Positions 7,324 through 15,219 of a stretch of DNA of 15,219 nucleotides are shown here, piece by piece (positions within the stretch are counted from its first letter, which is position 1; each line of letters starts with the position of its first letter). The position numbers were made by a program, and so were the translations under genes. The stretch comes from Pseudomonadota bacterium (GTDB lineage: Bacteria; Bdellovibrionota; FAC87; UBA2466), in assembly GCA_043767805.1 (NCBI GenBank), contig JAYUGC010000057.1:1-15219 (forward strand), given 5' to 3'. Below the pieces are notes generated by a model, which was not told the origin of the DNA, did no database searches, and saw only the letters and a list, made by a program, of their open reading frames with translations.

Positions 7324-8732
7324 CGACTGAGGGCGCGGATTTCGTCGAGCAACGCGCGGAACGTCGTCTCATCGGAGAACGGGTTCATGACGGTCACCCT
7401 TAAAACCGTCTCGCCATTCAGGCGCGTAATAGTGATGTAGTGATGCCCGCGCTCGAGCAACGTCCGGCGAATTTCGCCCGCGGGACGTTTTCCCAAATAG
7501 CGGAAGCAAAGGATATTGCCCTGAGGCTCGTGACACGGCTCGAAATCCGCAGCCTCAACCAGTAAATCGTGGAACTGCATCGTCGAAGCGAAGGCCACGT
7601 CGATTAAGTCCGCGAAGTGCCCTTCCCCGTACATCGCCCAGGCCGCCCATAGAGACACGGCGAGCGAGCGCTTCGTGCACTCCACCGTCCTGAGCGCGCC
7701 GTCGTACTCCTGCATCCGCATCGCTTCCTTGTCCAAGAGATAGGGCGCGTCCTGGCGAAACGGCGCGTAGCTATTCGCTCCCTCTCGGTAGATCAGAAAG
7801 GTACAGAGCGCGGGGACGTAGAGCATCTTGTGCGCGTCCCACGTAACCGAGTTGGCGAGCTCGATGCCTTTGACGAGATCTTTGTGCGTCGGAGACAGGA
7901 GAACGCTCGCCCCATGGGCGCCGTCCACGTGAAGCCAAAGCTTGTGGCGCTTGCAAAATTCAGCGATGGGACGGATATCGTCGAACGCGCCTACCGGAGT
8001 GGTTCCCGAAGTCGCGACCACGCAAAAGGGAGTTTCACCCCGCGCGAGACTCGCTGCAAAAACTGTTTCGAGCTGCGCCGAATCCATCCGGCGCCGGCTA
8101 TCAATGGGCACCGGCACGAGCGCCTTCGTTCCAAGTCCCGCAATCCCCACGGCACGCGCGATGCTGTAGTGAGAGTCCGCGCCCGCCAGCACGACAGGCT
8201 TTACGCCAAAGGGCAGACCGTCTTCCCAAGAGCCGGTGAAATGCACGTGCTTCGCGGCAAGTATTGCAGTCAAATTGGCGAGCGTTCCGCCGTGGGTCGC
8301 GACCGCACCAAAGCCAGACGTCCAGCCGATTTTTCCAGCGAGTCGCGCGCCCATGGCCTTTTCGATCGCAACGGGAAACGGGCCCATCTCGTAAACCGCG
8401 CAGCCTTGGTTAGAAACGTGTCCCAGCATCTCGAAAGCGGCCGCCTCCGGCACGGGAGGCGCGACTTGATGACCGAGGTAACGGGGCGAATGTAGACGCT
8501 GCGTGTTGGCTAAAAAAAGCTCCGCCAGCTCGGCCGGAGCGCGGCCCGAAAGCGCGTCGTCCGCCAAAGCAATGAGCGCGTCGGGATCTTTCCAGTCGAG
8601 ACTTCTGTCGACGGTGCGAAGACGCTCGAGATAAGACTCGAGCGCCGCGACCAACGTCTCACCGGTTTCGCGGAAGCGAGCGGGCGAATAGCGACCCTCA
8701 AGGCGCTTACGCGCCTCAAGTACGCTTTTCAT
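7320..8732 (-). CDS. Group II PLP-dependent amino acid decarboxylase (DDC/GAD/diaminobutyrate decarboxylase family)
   Basis: LHSPRYLGHQ, GGTLANLTA, SHYSI, ATSGTTPVGAFD, WLHVDGAHG, SVTWDAHK (PLP lysine), LRVTVMNP. Confidence 0.95.
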   Translation of the reverse strand: MKSVLEARKRLEGRYSPARFRETGETLVAALESYLERLRTVDRSLDWKDPDALIALADDALSGRAPAELAELFLANTQRLHSPRYLGHQVAPPVPEAAAFEMLGHVSNQGCAVYEMGPFPVAIEKAMGARLAGKIGWTSGFGAVATHGGTLANLTAILAAKHVHFTGSWEDGLPFGVKPVVLAGADSHYSIARAVGIAGLGTKALVPVPIDSRRRMDSAQLETVFAASLARGETPFCVVATSGTTPVGAFDDIRPIAEFCKRHKLWLHVDGAHGASVLLSPTHKDLVKGIELANSVTWDAHKMLYVPALCTFLIYREGANSYAPFRQDAPYLLDKEAMRMQEYDGALRTVECTKRSLAVSLWAAWAMYGEGHFADLIDVAFASTMQFHDLLVEAADFEPCHEPQGNILCFRYLGKRPAGEIRRTLLERGHHYITITRLNGETVLRVTVMNPFSDETTFRALLDEIRALSR

Positions 8733-11674
8733 TCCGCCTTGCTCGGGGCCGAGTTTTGTCCGAGGGTGATGACGTAATCGATGAGCAGATTGATCTGCTT
8801 CTCAGCGTCCCCGCCCAAGATCTCAGGCACGGGCTTCGCGCCATCGACCCAGAACCCAGGCATACGAGTGCCGGGCACCCATTTGTTTGGGTTCTTCAGG
8901 AATTCGATCATCCACTCCTTGCGCAAGCGGCGAGCCGCGTAACGCAAATTCGGAGCGAAGCCTTTACTGCCGCCTTCCAGCTGATCCTGAGTGAGCTTTT
9001 CGCCCAGGTTATGACAGTTCAAGCATTGCAGCTTCGTGAAGAGCACTTGCGCGTTCTTCAAGTCGGTGGAGTTCAGATGTACCGGCGCGTTCTCGACGAG
9101 CGGATACGGGACTTCCGCCTCGTTACCCCAGCCGTCCAACAGGGAGTTGCGCTCGGTCCAGTTGAAGTTGAACGTCGGCATGCGCACTTTAAGCGCCTGA
9201 CGCAACTTCCAATCCTGAGGATTCTTCAAGAAGCCGTGGACCCAATCCGGCTGAATGCGGAAGCCTTCATGGGGAATCTTGGGCGGACCGTAGGCTTCAT
9301 CTTCTTCGTACTGATAGAGGATGCGCGCTTCGAGCCGGAACTTCGCCGCTTCGTTCGCGTCGAAATCCGGATGGTCGCTCGGCAACGGCTCCCAAAGCTC
9401 TTCCATGACGTGGCAGCCTTGGCAGTTGTACTTGTGAATCACCCGACGGCCCTGCTCCATCTTGCGCTCGCGGGAGCTCAAGACTTTAGGCGCCGGCTTT
9501 TCGGCCGTCATGCCCGTCAGGAAAGTGATGAACTGATCTCGCTCTTCCTTCGGAAGATTGAAATTCGGCATGCGGAGCAAATCGAGATAATCCTTAACGA
9601 GACCTTTGTCGAAAAGGCGCGGATTCTCGAGCTTATGATCGAACCACGCGATTTTCGTATGGTCGAAATGCTGAAGACCGAAGTCGTACTTTCCAAGGGG
9701 TTTGGACCATTCTTCGGAAAGCTCAGGGCCGATGCCGCCCATAGTCTCGTAGCCCTTGATGTTGTGGCAGCCGAAGCAGCCGTACTGACCAATGGACCGA
9801 GAGCCAAGTTCAACGGACAAGTCGTGGCTAGAGAGCTTACCGATGTAATCGCTGACTTTCGACTCGGTGACGGGCGCCATTTTCGGATCGCGCAGCAGAT
9901 AAAGGCGTAAAACCTTCTTCTGCACTTCGGGATCGACCTTGGGCACGGCCTTAGCTTCAAACGCCGTGTTGCGCTTACTCATCAGATAAGCGGTGATGTC
10001 GTTGGCTTCCCCGTCAGAAAGGCGAAGATTCGGCATTCGCGTATCAGGACGATAATGCGTGGGGTTCTTCACCCAGCTGACCAACCAGTCGCGATCCACC
10101 TTACTACCGACGGTCGAAAGATCCGGGCCCGCGTTCCAGCGGCCGATCTTGTGGCCGAAATCGTCAATCTGATGGCAACCCAAACAACCGACTTGGGACA
10201 CGAGGGTTTTGCCTCGCTCGACGCTTCCCGCGCCAGCCCGAGCGTAAGGCCTGTAGTCCTCGGATTTGGCCAAGAGATAATCCGTCACGGCCTGCATCTC
10301 GGCTTCTTGATAGGACTCGAACTCCGGATTGCCGACCGTGTTGCTTTGGAGGAACGGCGACGGCATGCGCGTGTGCTCGTTGAAATCCTTCGGATTGTGA
10401 ATCCACTTGAGGATCCAGTCCCGAGACAACTTGCCCTTCACTTTGAGCAAACTAGGCGCGGTCTTTTCGACGTGTTCCCAGCCCGCGATCTTGTGGCAGC
10501 CGAAACAGCCCGCGAAACGCACCATCTGGACCGAGCGGTCCAATTTGGGCGCGCGGTAGACGTACTCCTGCTCGCGGTGACAAACCCGGCACTTACCTTC
10601 GACATACTGGAGAGGCACCATTTTTTCGGGAATGTGGTGTTGATCTTCCTCGTTCCAGCCGTACTTGCGCTTCCATTCGTGCGCCTGCTCTTCGTTCCTA
10701 GGCGTGTGCGCCGCGCGCACGAAATGGGTCGCTTGACCCCGGCCATCGTGACAAATGGTGCAACCAATTTTGTCGAGCGGATGGGGAGAGGTGCTACCCA
10801 ACATCACTTCTAGGCGAGGGTGGGTCTTAAAAGGATTGGGCTGATTTTCGAACCCGGGCAGGTCGATAGCTTGGTGACAGGTCGTGCAGCGATCCACTTT
10901 GCGGGTTTGCGCAAAGAAAAGATCGTCGCGGATGTCGGTCAAGACCACTTGCTGCAAGCGGAAGACCGGATCGGCGAGATCGATGACGGGCGACGCGCGG
11001 ACGACTTTCGTCAGGCCGAACTCGGAGCCCTCTTCGAGGGCCTGAAGGCGGACGTACTCCGCTTGAAGGGCGACGAGTTTCTTCTCCGCTTCTTTCTTCT
11101 TCTCGAAATGCTCGTCGTATTCTTTTTGCTTGGCCTCGAACGTTTGCAGGGCTTGGTTCGACATCTCTTGAAGCGCTTGCGTATCGGAGAAGCCCTTCAT
11201 CAAGGCGTCGTACTGCTTCTGTCCCTTGGCCGGAAGGGTCTCGATGTGGCCCTCGGCAATCGCATGGCCCCACTCGTTCTCGTAATCAAAGCGCTCGGCA
11301 TCGAGGTTCGCTTTGCGAGCCTGATATTTGACGAGGGTGTTCTTGCTCTTGGTCTTTAAAAGAACTAGCTCCTTCTGCAGACGCTCGATTTCCTTTTCGT
11401 GCGCCTTAATCTCGCCCTGAGCGTCGTCGACGCCTTTCTTGCTTTCGGCGAGGGCCGCGGGGTCGATGGCCTTCTTGGCCGCTTCCGCCTGAGCCGCGTA
11501 CTTCTTCTGCTTAATCTGGAGAAACTCGCGCTGGTAGCCTTTCCACTCACGACCGAAATCGTCCAAGATCATCCACACGGTCACGACCATCATCACCACG
11601 GAGGCGATGGCGAAGACCTTTTTGATCTTCGTGGGATTATAGAAGCGGTCGTCCTGCCAAGGGGTGTTTGCCAT
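8729..11674 (-). CDS. Membrane-anchored octaheme c-type cytochrome of the Rieske/cytochrome b complex
   Basis: Eight CxxCH motifs (CTTCH, CTICH, CRVCH, CFGCH, CLGCH, CFGCH, CQGCH, CLNCH), an N-terminal TM helix, a long coiled coil and five RMP motifs. Confidence 0.95.
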   Translation of the reverse strand: MANTPWQDDRFYNPTKIKKVFAIASVVMMVVTVWMILDDFGREWKGYQREFLQIKQKKYAAQAEAAKKAIDPAALAESKKGVDDAQGEIKAHEKEIERLQKELVLLKTKSKNTLVKYQARKANLDAERFDYENEWGHAIAEGHIETLPAKGQKQYDALMKGFSDTQALQEMSNQALQTFEAKQKEYDEHFEKKKEAEKKLVALQAEYVRLQALEEGSEFGLTKVVRASPVIDLADPVFRLQQVVLTDIRDDLFFAQTRKVDRCTTCHQAIDLPGFENQPNPFKTHPRLEVMLGSTSPHPLDKIGCTICHDGRGQATHFVRAAHTPRNEEQAHEWKRKYGWNEEDQHHIPEKMVPLQYVEGKCRVCHREQEYVYRAPKLDRSVQMVRFAGCFGCHKIAGWEHVEKTAPSLLKVKGKLSRDWILKWIHNPKDFNEHTRMPSPFLQSNTVGNPEFESYQEAEMQAVTDYLLAKSEDYRPYARAGAGSVERGKTLVSQVGCLGCHQIDDFGHKIGRWNAGPDLSTVGSKVDRDWLVSWVKNPTHYRPDTRMPNLRLSDGEANDITAYLMSKRNTAFEAKAVPKVDPEVQKKVLRLYLLRDPKMAPVTESKVSDYIGKLSSHDLSVELGSRSIGQYGCFGCHNIKGYETMGGIGPELSEEWSKPLGKYDFGLQHFDHTKIAWFDHKLENPRLFDKGLVKDYLDLLRMPNFNLPKEERDQFITFLTGMTAEKPAPKVLSSRERKMEQGRRVIHKYNCQGCHVMEELWEPLPSDHPDFDANEAAKFRLEARILYQYEEDEAYGPPKIPHEGFRIQPDWVHGFLKNPQDWKLRQALKVRMPTFNFNWTERNSLLDGWGNEAEVPYPLVENAPVHLNSTDLKNAQVLFTKLQCLNCHNLGEKLTQDQLEGGSKGFAPNLRYAARRLRKEWMIEFLKNPNKWVPGTRMPGFWVDGAKPVPEILGGDAEKQINLLIDYVITLGQNSAPSKAE

Positions 11675-11683
11675 TCCTCTGCC

Positions 11684-12775
11684 CTAAATATTGAAGAAGA
11701 ATTCGGGAATCGCCACGATGTACTTCAAGTTGATCGTCCACCGGAGCACCATTTTGATCGGGAGCGCCGCCATGCTGATGAGGAGGAACGCCATCAGATA
11801 GAAGCGAGGCGCTCCCATCTTTTCCAGCATCTTGGGCATGACCTTTTTCGCGAGCAAAATCGGCACGCCGATTATGTAAGCGAGCGTCATGATGATTCCG
11901 ACACTCTCTCTGAGGAGAATATTGTCGGGAAGCTTGCCGCCGTTCAGGCCGAACTCACGAAACAGGTACTCGGACAAGTTCACGTTTCTGAGCGCCACGA
12001 TCTTGTGGATGTCCCAGTACTCGTACGGCCCGAAGAAGTTCCAGTTCGGGCCGCGGAGGAAGGTGCCGTATACGATTAGCACCACCCAAAGAATCAAGAA
12101 ACCGAAGAGGAAGTTGGTCACCGCGAACTTACGATCCGCGAACGTGAAGTAGCCATTGCCCTTGGGATTTGTGTCGATGAACGGAATGACGACGAGCCCG
12201 ACGATGATTAACGTCGGGAACACCACGCCGGCAAGCCAGGGATCGTAGTACACGAGCATTTCCTGAAGACCCAGGAAGTACCAAGGCGCTTTGGACGGGT
12301 TCGGCGTTTCCACCGGGTTCGCGGGCTCTTCCAGAGGAGCGCGGATGACGATGGACCAGACCAAGAGTCCCACCCACACCAAGATGGTGCAGATGAACTC
12401 GCTGAACACCAAGTCCGGCCACGTGAAGACGAGCTGCTTGGCTTCCGCCTTGCTCTCGACTTCGAGACCGGCCGCCGTGCGGTTGTCGTTCTCGACCGCC
12501 TTATGAAGGGCGAGCCAGAAGAAGTAGAGCATCAGGAAGAGCATCATCACGATGGGCGCGTTGTCCGGCTTCATCACCGTCGCGCGGAAGGTGGGATGCA
12601 GAACGCTGACCCCCATGAAGAGAGCCAAGCCCGCTTCCAGCAGGATTATAGTCGAGGTCTTCGCGAACCATTGGCGGCCCGGGAAGAGAACGAACCACAA
12701 AGCCAGACAGGACAACGTGAACAGGATCGAGGGCTGGCAGAGCGCATTAATGAATGACGTCAAAGCTGTGAGCAT
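11684..12775 (-). CDS. Cytochrome b C-terminal / subunit IV (PetD-like) with extra TM helices
   Basis: TWPDL, APLEEPANPVETPNPSKAPWYFLGLQE, IPFIDTNP; multiple hydrophobic segments; directly follows the cytochrome b6-like gene. Confidence 0.88.
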   Translation of the reverse strand: MLTALTSFINALCQPSILFTLSCLALWFVLFPGRQWFAKTSTIILLEAGLALFMGVSVLHPTFRATVMKPDNAPIVMMLFLMLYFFWLALHKAVENDNRTAAGLEVESKAEAKQLVFTWPDLVFSEFICTILVWVGLLVWSIVIRAPLEEPANPVETPNPSKAPWYFLGLQEMLVYYDPWLAGVVFPTLIIVGLVVIPFIDTNPKGNGYFTFADRKFAVTNFLFGFLILWVVLIVYGTFLRGPNWNFFGPYEYWDIHKIVALRNVNLSEYLFREFGLNGGKLPDNILLRESVGIIMTLAYIIGVPILLAKKVMPKMLEKMGAPRFYLMAFLLISMAALPIKMVLRWTINLKYIVAIPEFFFNI

Positions 12776-12787
12776 AGATGAGCTTTG

Positions 12788-13576
12788 CTACAGGGGACCC
12801 GAAATGCCCCCGTCCTTTCTAACCCGATAGAAGTGAACCGCCATCAGTACCGCCGCTACCAGCGGAATGAAGATGCAATGAAGCACGTAGAACCGGAGGA
12901 GCGTCGCTTCGCCGACTACCCGGCCAGCGAGCAGCGCGAAGCGCGCGTCGCTACCGGCGTGCACCACATCAAAGCCCATGAGGGAGTTGATGAGAGATGC
13001 GCCCGGGCCTTCATGACCCAGGAACGGTGTCGCGCGCGCCATGTTCGAGCCGACGGTGATCGCCCAAATGGCCAGCTGATCCCAGGGGAGCAGATAACCC
13101 GTGAACGAAAGCAGCAACGTCAGTACGAGAAGTACCACGCCGATGCCCCAGTTGAACTCGCGGGGCGGCTTGTAACTTCCCGTTAGAAAGACGCGGAACA
13201 TGTGAAGCCACACGGCCATGACCATGGCGTGAGCGCCCCAGCGGTGCACTTCGCGCATGATGCCGATCGGAACGTGCTCCCGAAGCGCGATGATGTCGGC
13301 GTAGGCGAACTCCGCGGTCGGCCGATAATAGAACATCAAGAGAACGCCCGTGAACGTTTCCACGAGGAAGAGGAAGAAAGTGATTCCGCCCATGCACCAG
13401 GTGAAGCTCATCCGGACGCCGGACTTCTTCATGCGGATGGGGTGCAAGTGCAAAAAGGTGTTCATCAAGATGATGAGCGTCTTGTTGCGAGGGCTGGTCG
13501 GCGGGCCGTGCCGGAAGATAGCCTTCCAGGCTTGGGACTGCCGAATCGATTCGATGAGGCTCGGTTTGTCTGCCAT
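12788..13576 (-). CDS. petB: Cytochrome b6-like N-terminal subunit (split cytochrome b)
   Basis: WCMGGIT, TGVLLMFYYRP, REVHRWGAH...LHMFRVF, YKPPREFNW, FTGYLLPWDQ, RFYVLH-x14-H, and C-terminal GISGPL. Confidence 0.95.
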   Translation of the reverse strand: MADKPSLIESIRQSQAWKAIFRHGPPTSPRNKTLIILMNTFLHLHPIRMKKSGVRMSFTWCMGGITFFLFLVETFTGVLLMFYYRPTAEFAYADIIALREHVPIGIMREVHRWGAHAMVMAVWLHMFRVFLTGSYKPPREFNWGIGVVLLVLTLLLSFTGYLLPWDQLAIWAITVGSNMARATPFLGHEGPGASLINSLMGFDVVHAGSDARFALLAGRVVGEATLLRFYVLHCIFIPLVAAVLMAVHFYRVRKDGGISGPL

Positions 13577-13593
13577 TTGGTACTACCTTGGGA

Positions 13594-14115
13594 TCAACTG
13601 AGCGAAAGAAAGGCTTTTGGATCGGTCCATTGGCCCTTCTCTTCCTGAAATTTTAGATTCTTGTTGATGAAAATCTGTCCATCGTCGGCCAAAGAGATGG
13701 CGAAACGCTCGAGGGGGCGCGGCGCAGGGCCCTCGAAGTTGATGCCCGTCATGTAGTAACCGCTACCGTGGCACGGGCACTTGAACTTGCGATCGGCCTC
13801 TAACCAGTTCGGCGTGCAACCCAAGTGGGTGCATACCGTCGATAGAGCGAAAATACCTTTGTCGTCTCTAACCAACCAGACGCCGAAACGTTTCTTGAAA
13901 CGCTCGTCCACCTTATTAGCGATGTACTCGCCGGGGAAACCGGCTTTGAATTCCTGAGGCGGCTCGAAAGTGATGTTCGGGAAGAAAAGACGGCCGACGG
14001 CGGTGAGCCCCCCGCCGAGGGCGCCGGCAAAACCGGCCCAGCCGATGGCAAGCCAGGAGACAAACGCTCGGCGGCTCATTCCTTCGGGTGTTTCGCGAAA
14101 TGGAGGCTTAGGCAT
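13594..14115 (-). CDS. Rieske 2Fe-2S subunit
   Basis: Tat motif SRRAFV plus a TM helix; CTHLGC, CPCHGSGY and GPAPRPL. Confidence 0.97.
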   Translation of the reverse strand: MPKPPFRETPEGMSRRAFVSWLAIGWAGFAGALGGGLTAVGRLFFPNITFEPPQEFKAGFPGEYIANKVDERFKKRFGVWLVRDDKGIFALSTVCTHLGCTPNWLEADRKFKCPCHGSGYYMTGINFEGPAPRPLERFAISLADDGQIFINKNLKFQEEKGQWTDPKAFLSLS

Positions 14116-14322
14116 GAATTTCCTATCTCGACGTAAGGATATCTAAGGCTCTACGAGCACAGCCAATTTGGCAATTTTATGCGTAAATTTCGACGAGTTT
14201 TATCCCAGCTGGAGGCAGGAAGTGTCAAGGAATTAGGGGAACCTAACTCTGGGAGGAAGCCCTCGTTAATACGATGCATTATTGCCGGACGGGGCTCTGT
14301 TGAGAGAGACTAGTCGTTCACC

Positions 14323-15117
14323 ATGGCATTGGATATCGGCAAACGGCTCTCTAAAAGAGCTCGGTCCGGTTGGGCCCTCACGAGGGAGACCGGGGCCGCC
14401 TTACTCGCTTCTCAGCTCTACCCGCTGGGCATTCCGGGATACCCGATCCCGGTGATGGCGCCCCCGCGCCTCGTCTCTCGCCGCCGCAAGTACCGGAACT
14501 CGGACGAAGTGCCGCTACTCTTCATCCACGGCATTTTTCATAACGGTTCGGCGTTCGCGTGGCTGAAACAGAAGCTCGCGCTTTGTGGCGTACGCGGTTT
14601 TCACGAGCTAAACCTCCACACGGCGTTTCACTCGATTCCGAAAATGGCGCGGCAAACGGCCGAGGCCGTCGCAAGGATTCAAGACAAGCTCGGGGTCGAG
14701 CAAGTGGACATCGTGGCGCACTCTCTCGGCGGTATCGTCGCGCGCTACTACATCCAAGTTTTACATGGCGACGGCCAAGTCCGAAATCTCATCACCCTCG
14801 GAAGCCCCCACCAAGGAACGGACTGGTCGCGGCTCGCGCCGCTCGCCCACGTGCGCGAGCTTCGGCCCGGCAGCGAGATGTTTCAAAGGATGGAAGCGTG
14901 TCCTAATCCGCGCTTCACTCAGGCGGTCGCCGTTTCGGGCGGTCTCGATATCTTGATGCGGCCTCGGGGGAGCGAGTGGTGGGAAGGCGTAAGAAACATA
15001 CGCCTTCGGGGAGTCGGACACGCCGGCCTTCTCTTTTCCAATCGCGTGGTCGAGATCATTTTGGCCCACGTTCGAGTGCCCAAGGTCCGCCGTGCCGCCC
15101 TGATCACGCCGGCCTAG
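14323..15117 (+). CDS. Lipase/esterase, alpha/beta hydrolase
   Basis: PLLFIHG oxyanion strand, VDIVAHSLGG nucleophile elbow, LITLGSPHQGT, D in GLDILM, H in GVGHAGLL. No signal peptide apparent. Confidence 0.92.
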   Translation: MALDIGKRLSKRARSGWALTRETGAALLASQLYPLGIPGYPIPVMAPPRLVSRRRKYRNSDEVPLLFIHGIFHNGSAFAWLKQKLALCGVRGFHELNLHTAFHSIPKMARQTAEAVARIQDKLGVEQVDIVAHSLGGIVARYYIQVLHGDGQVRNLITLGSPHQGTDWSRLAPLAHVRELRPGSEMFQRMEACPNPRFTQAVAVSGGLDILMRPRGSEWWEGVRNIRLRGVGHAGLLFSNRVVEIILAHVRVPKVRRAALITPA

Positions 15118-15184
15118 CCTGATTCTTGGACGATTACCCCGCCTAATGCATTGAATTTATTTACGAAATACTAATTTTAACCCT

Positions 15185-15211
15185 TCACTTTTCCGCCACT
15201 TTTGCCGATTA
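15185..15211 (+). promoter_or_regulatory. Possible sigma28 (FliA)-like promoter for a gene beyond the window
   Basis: TCAC-N15-GCCGATTA versus consensus TAAA-N15-GCCGATAA, in an AT-rich intergenic stretch. Confidence 0.3.
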
Positions 15212-15219
15212 GAATAAGA

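Noticed and set aside
8756..13648. Long plus-strand ORFs opposite the cytochrome operon
   Set aside because: Antisense shadows with no recognisable protein features.
14169..14182. Sigma54 promoter TGGCAATTTTATGC
   Set aside because: GG to GC spacing is 9 nt rather than the required 10.
14197..14228. Perfect minus-strand TTGACA at 14228-14223 as the Rieske operon promoter
   Set aside because: No good -10 at 16-18 nt spacing; TAAAAC is 20 nt away.
1..15219. CRISPR array, tRNA, rRNA, transposase or integrase
   Set aside because: No spaced direct repeats, cloverleafs or recombinase motifs seen.

Overview
GC-rich bacterial chromosomal window; by inference the gene styles fit Bdellovibrionota or a related deltaproteobacterial lineage. 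Left, minus strand: an operon of LpoB-like lipoprotein, TPR/COG3014-like lipoprotein, valS and a GT2 glycosyltransferase. The glycosyltransferase is missing from the ORF track, appears to start at CTG and has degenerate catalytic motifs. Upstream lies an unannotated ~165-nt rod-shaped RNA with a central bubble that resembles 6S RNA. Middle, plus strand: a small outer-membrane beta-barrel, then an HNH endonuclease with a structured, palindrome-bearing upstream region, followed by a possible hydrolase remnant. Right, minus strand: a b6f-like split Rieske/cytochrome b complex (Rieske, cytochrome b6 with the heme ci Cys, enlarged subunit IV with APWY for PEWY, 981-aa octaheme cytochrome c), translationally coupled to a group II PLP decarboxylase. 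A divergent lipase-like hydrolase follows. All calls were made by eye; no searches were run.
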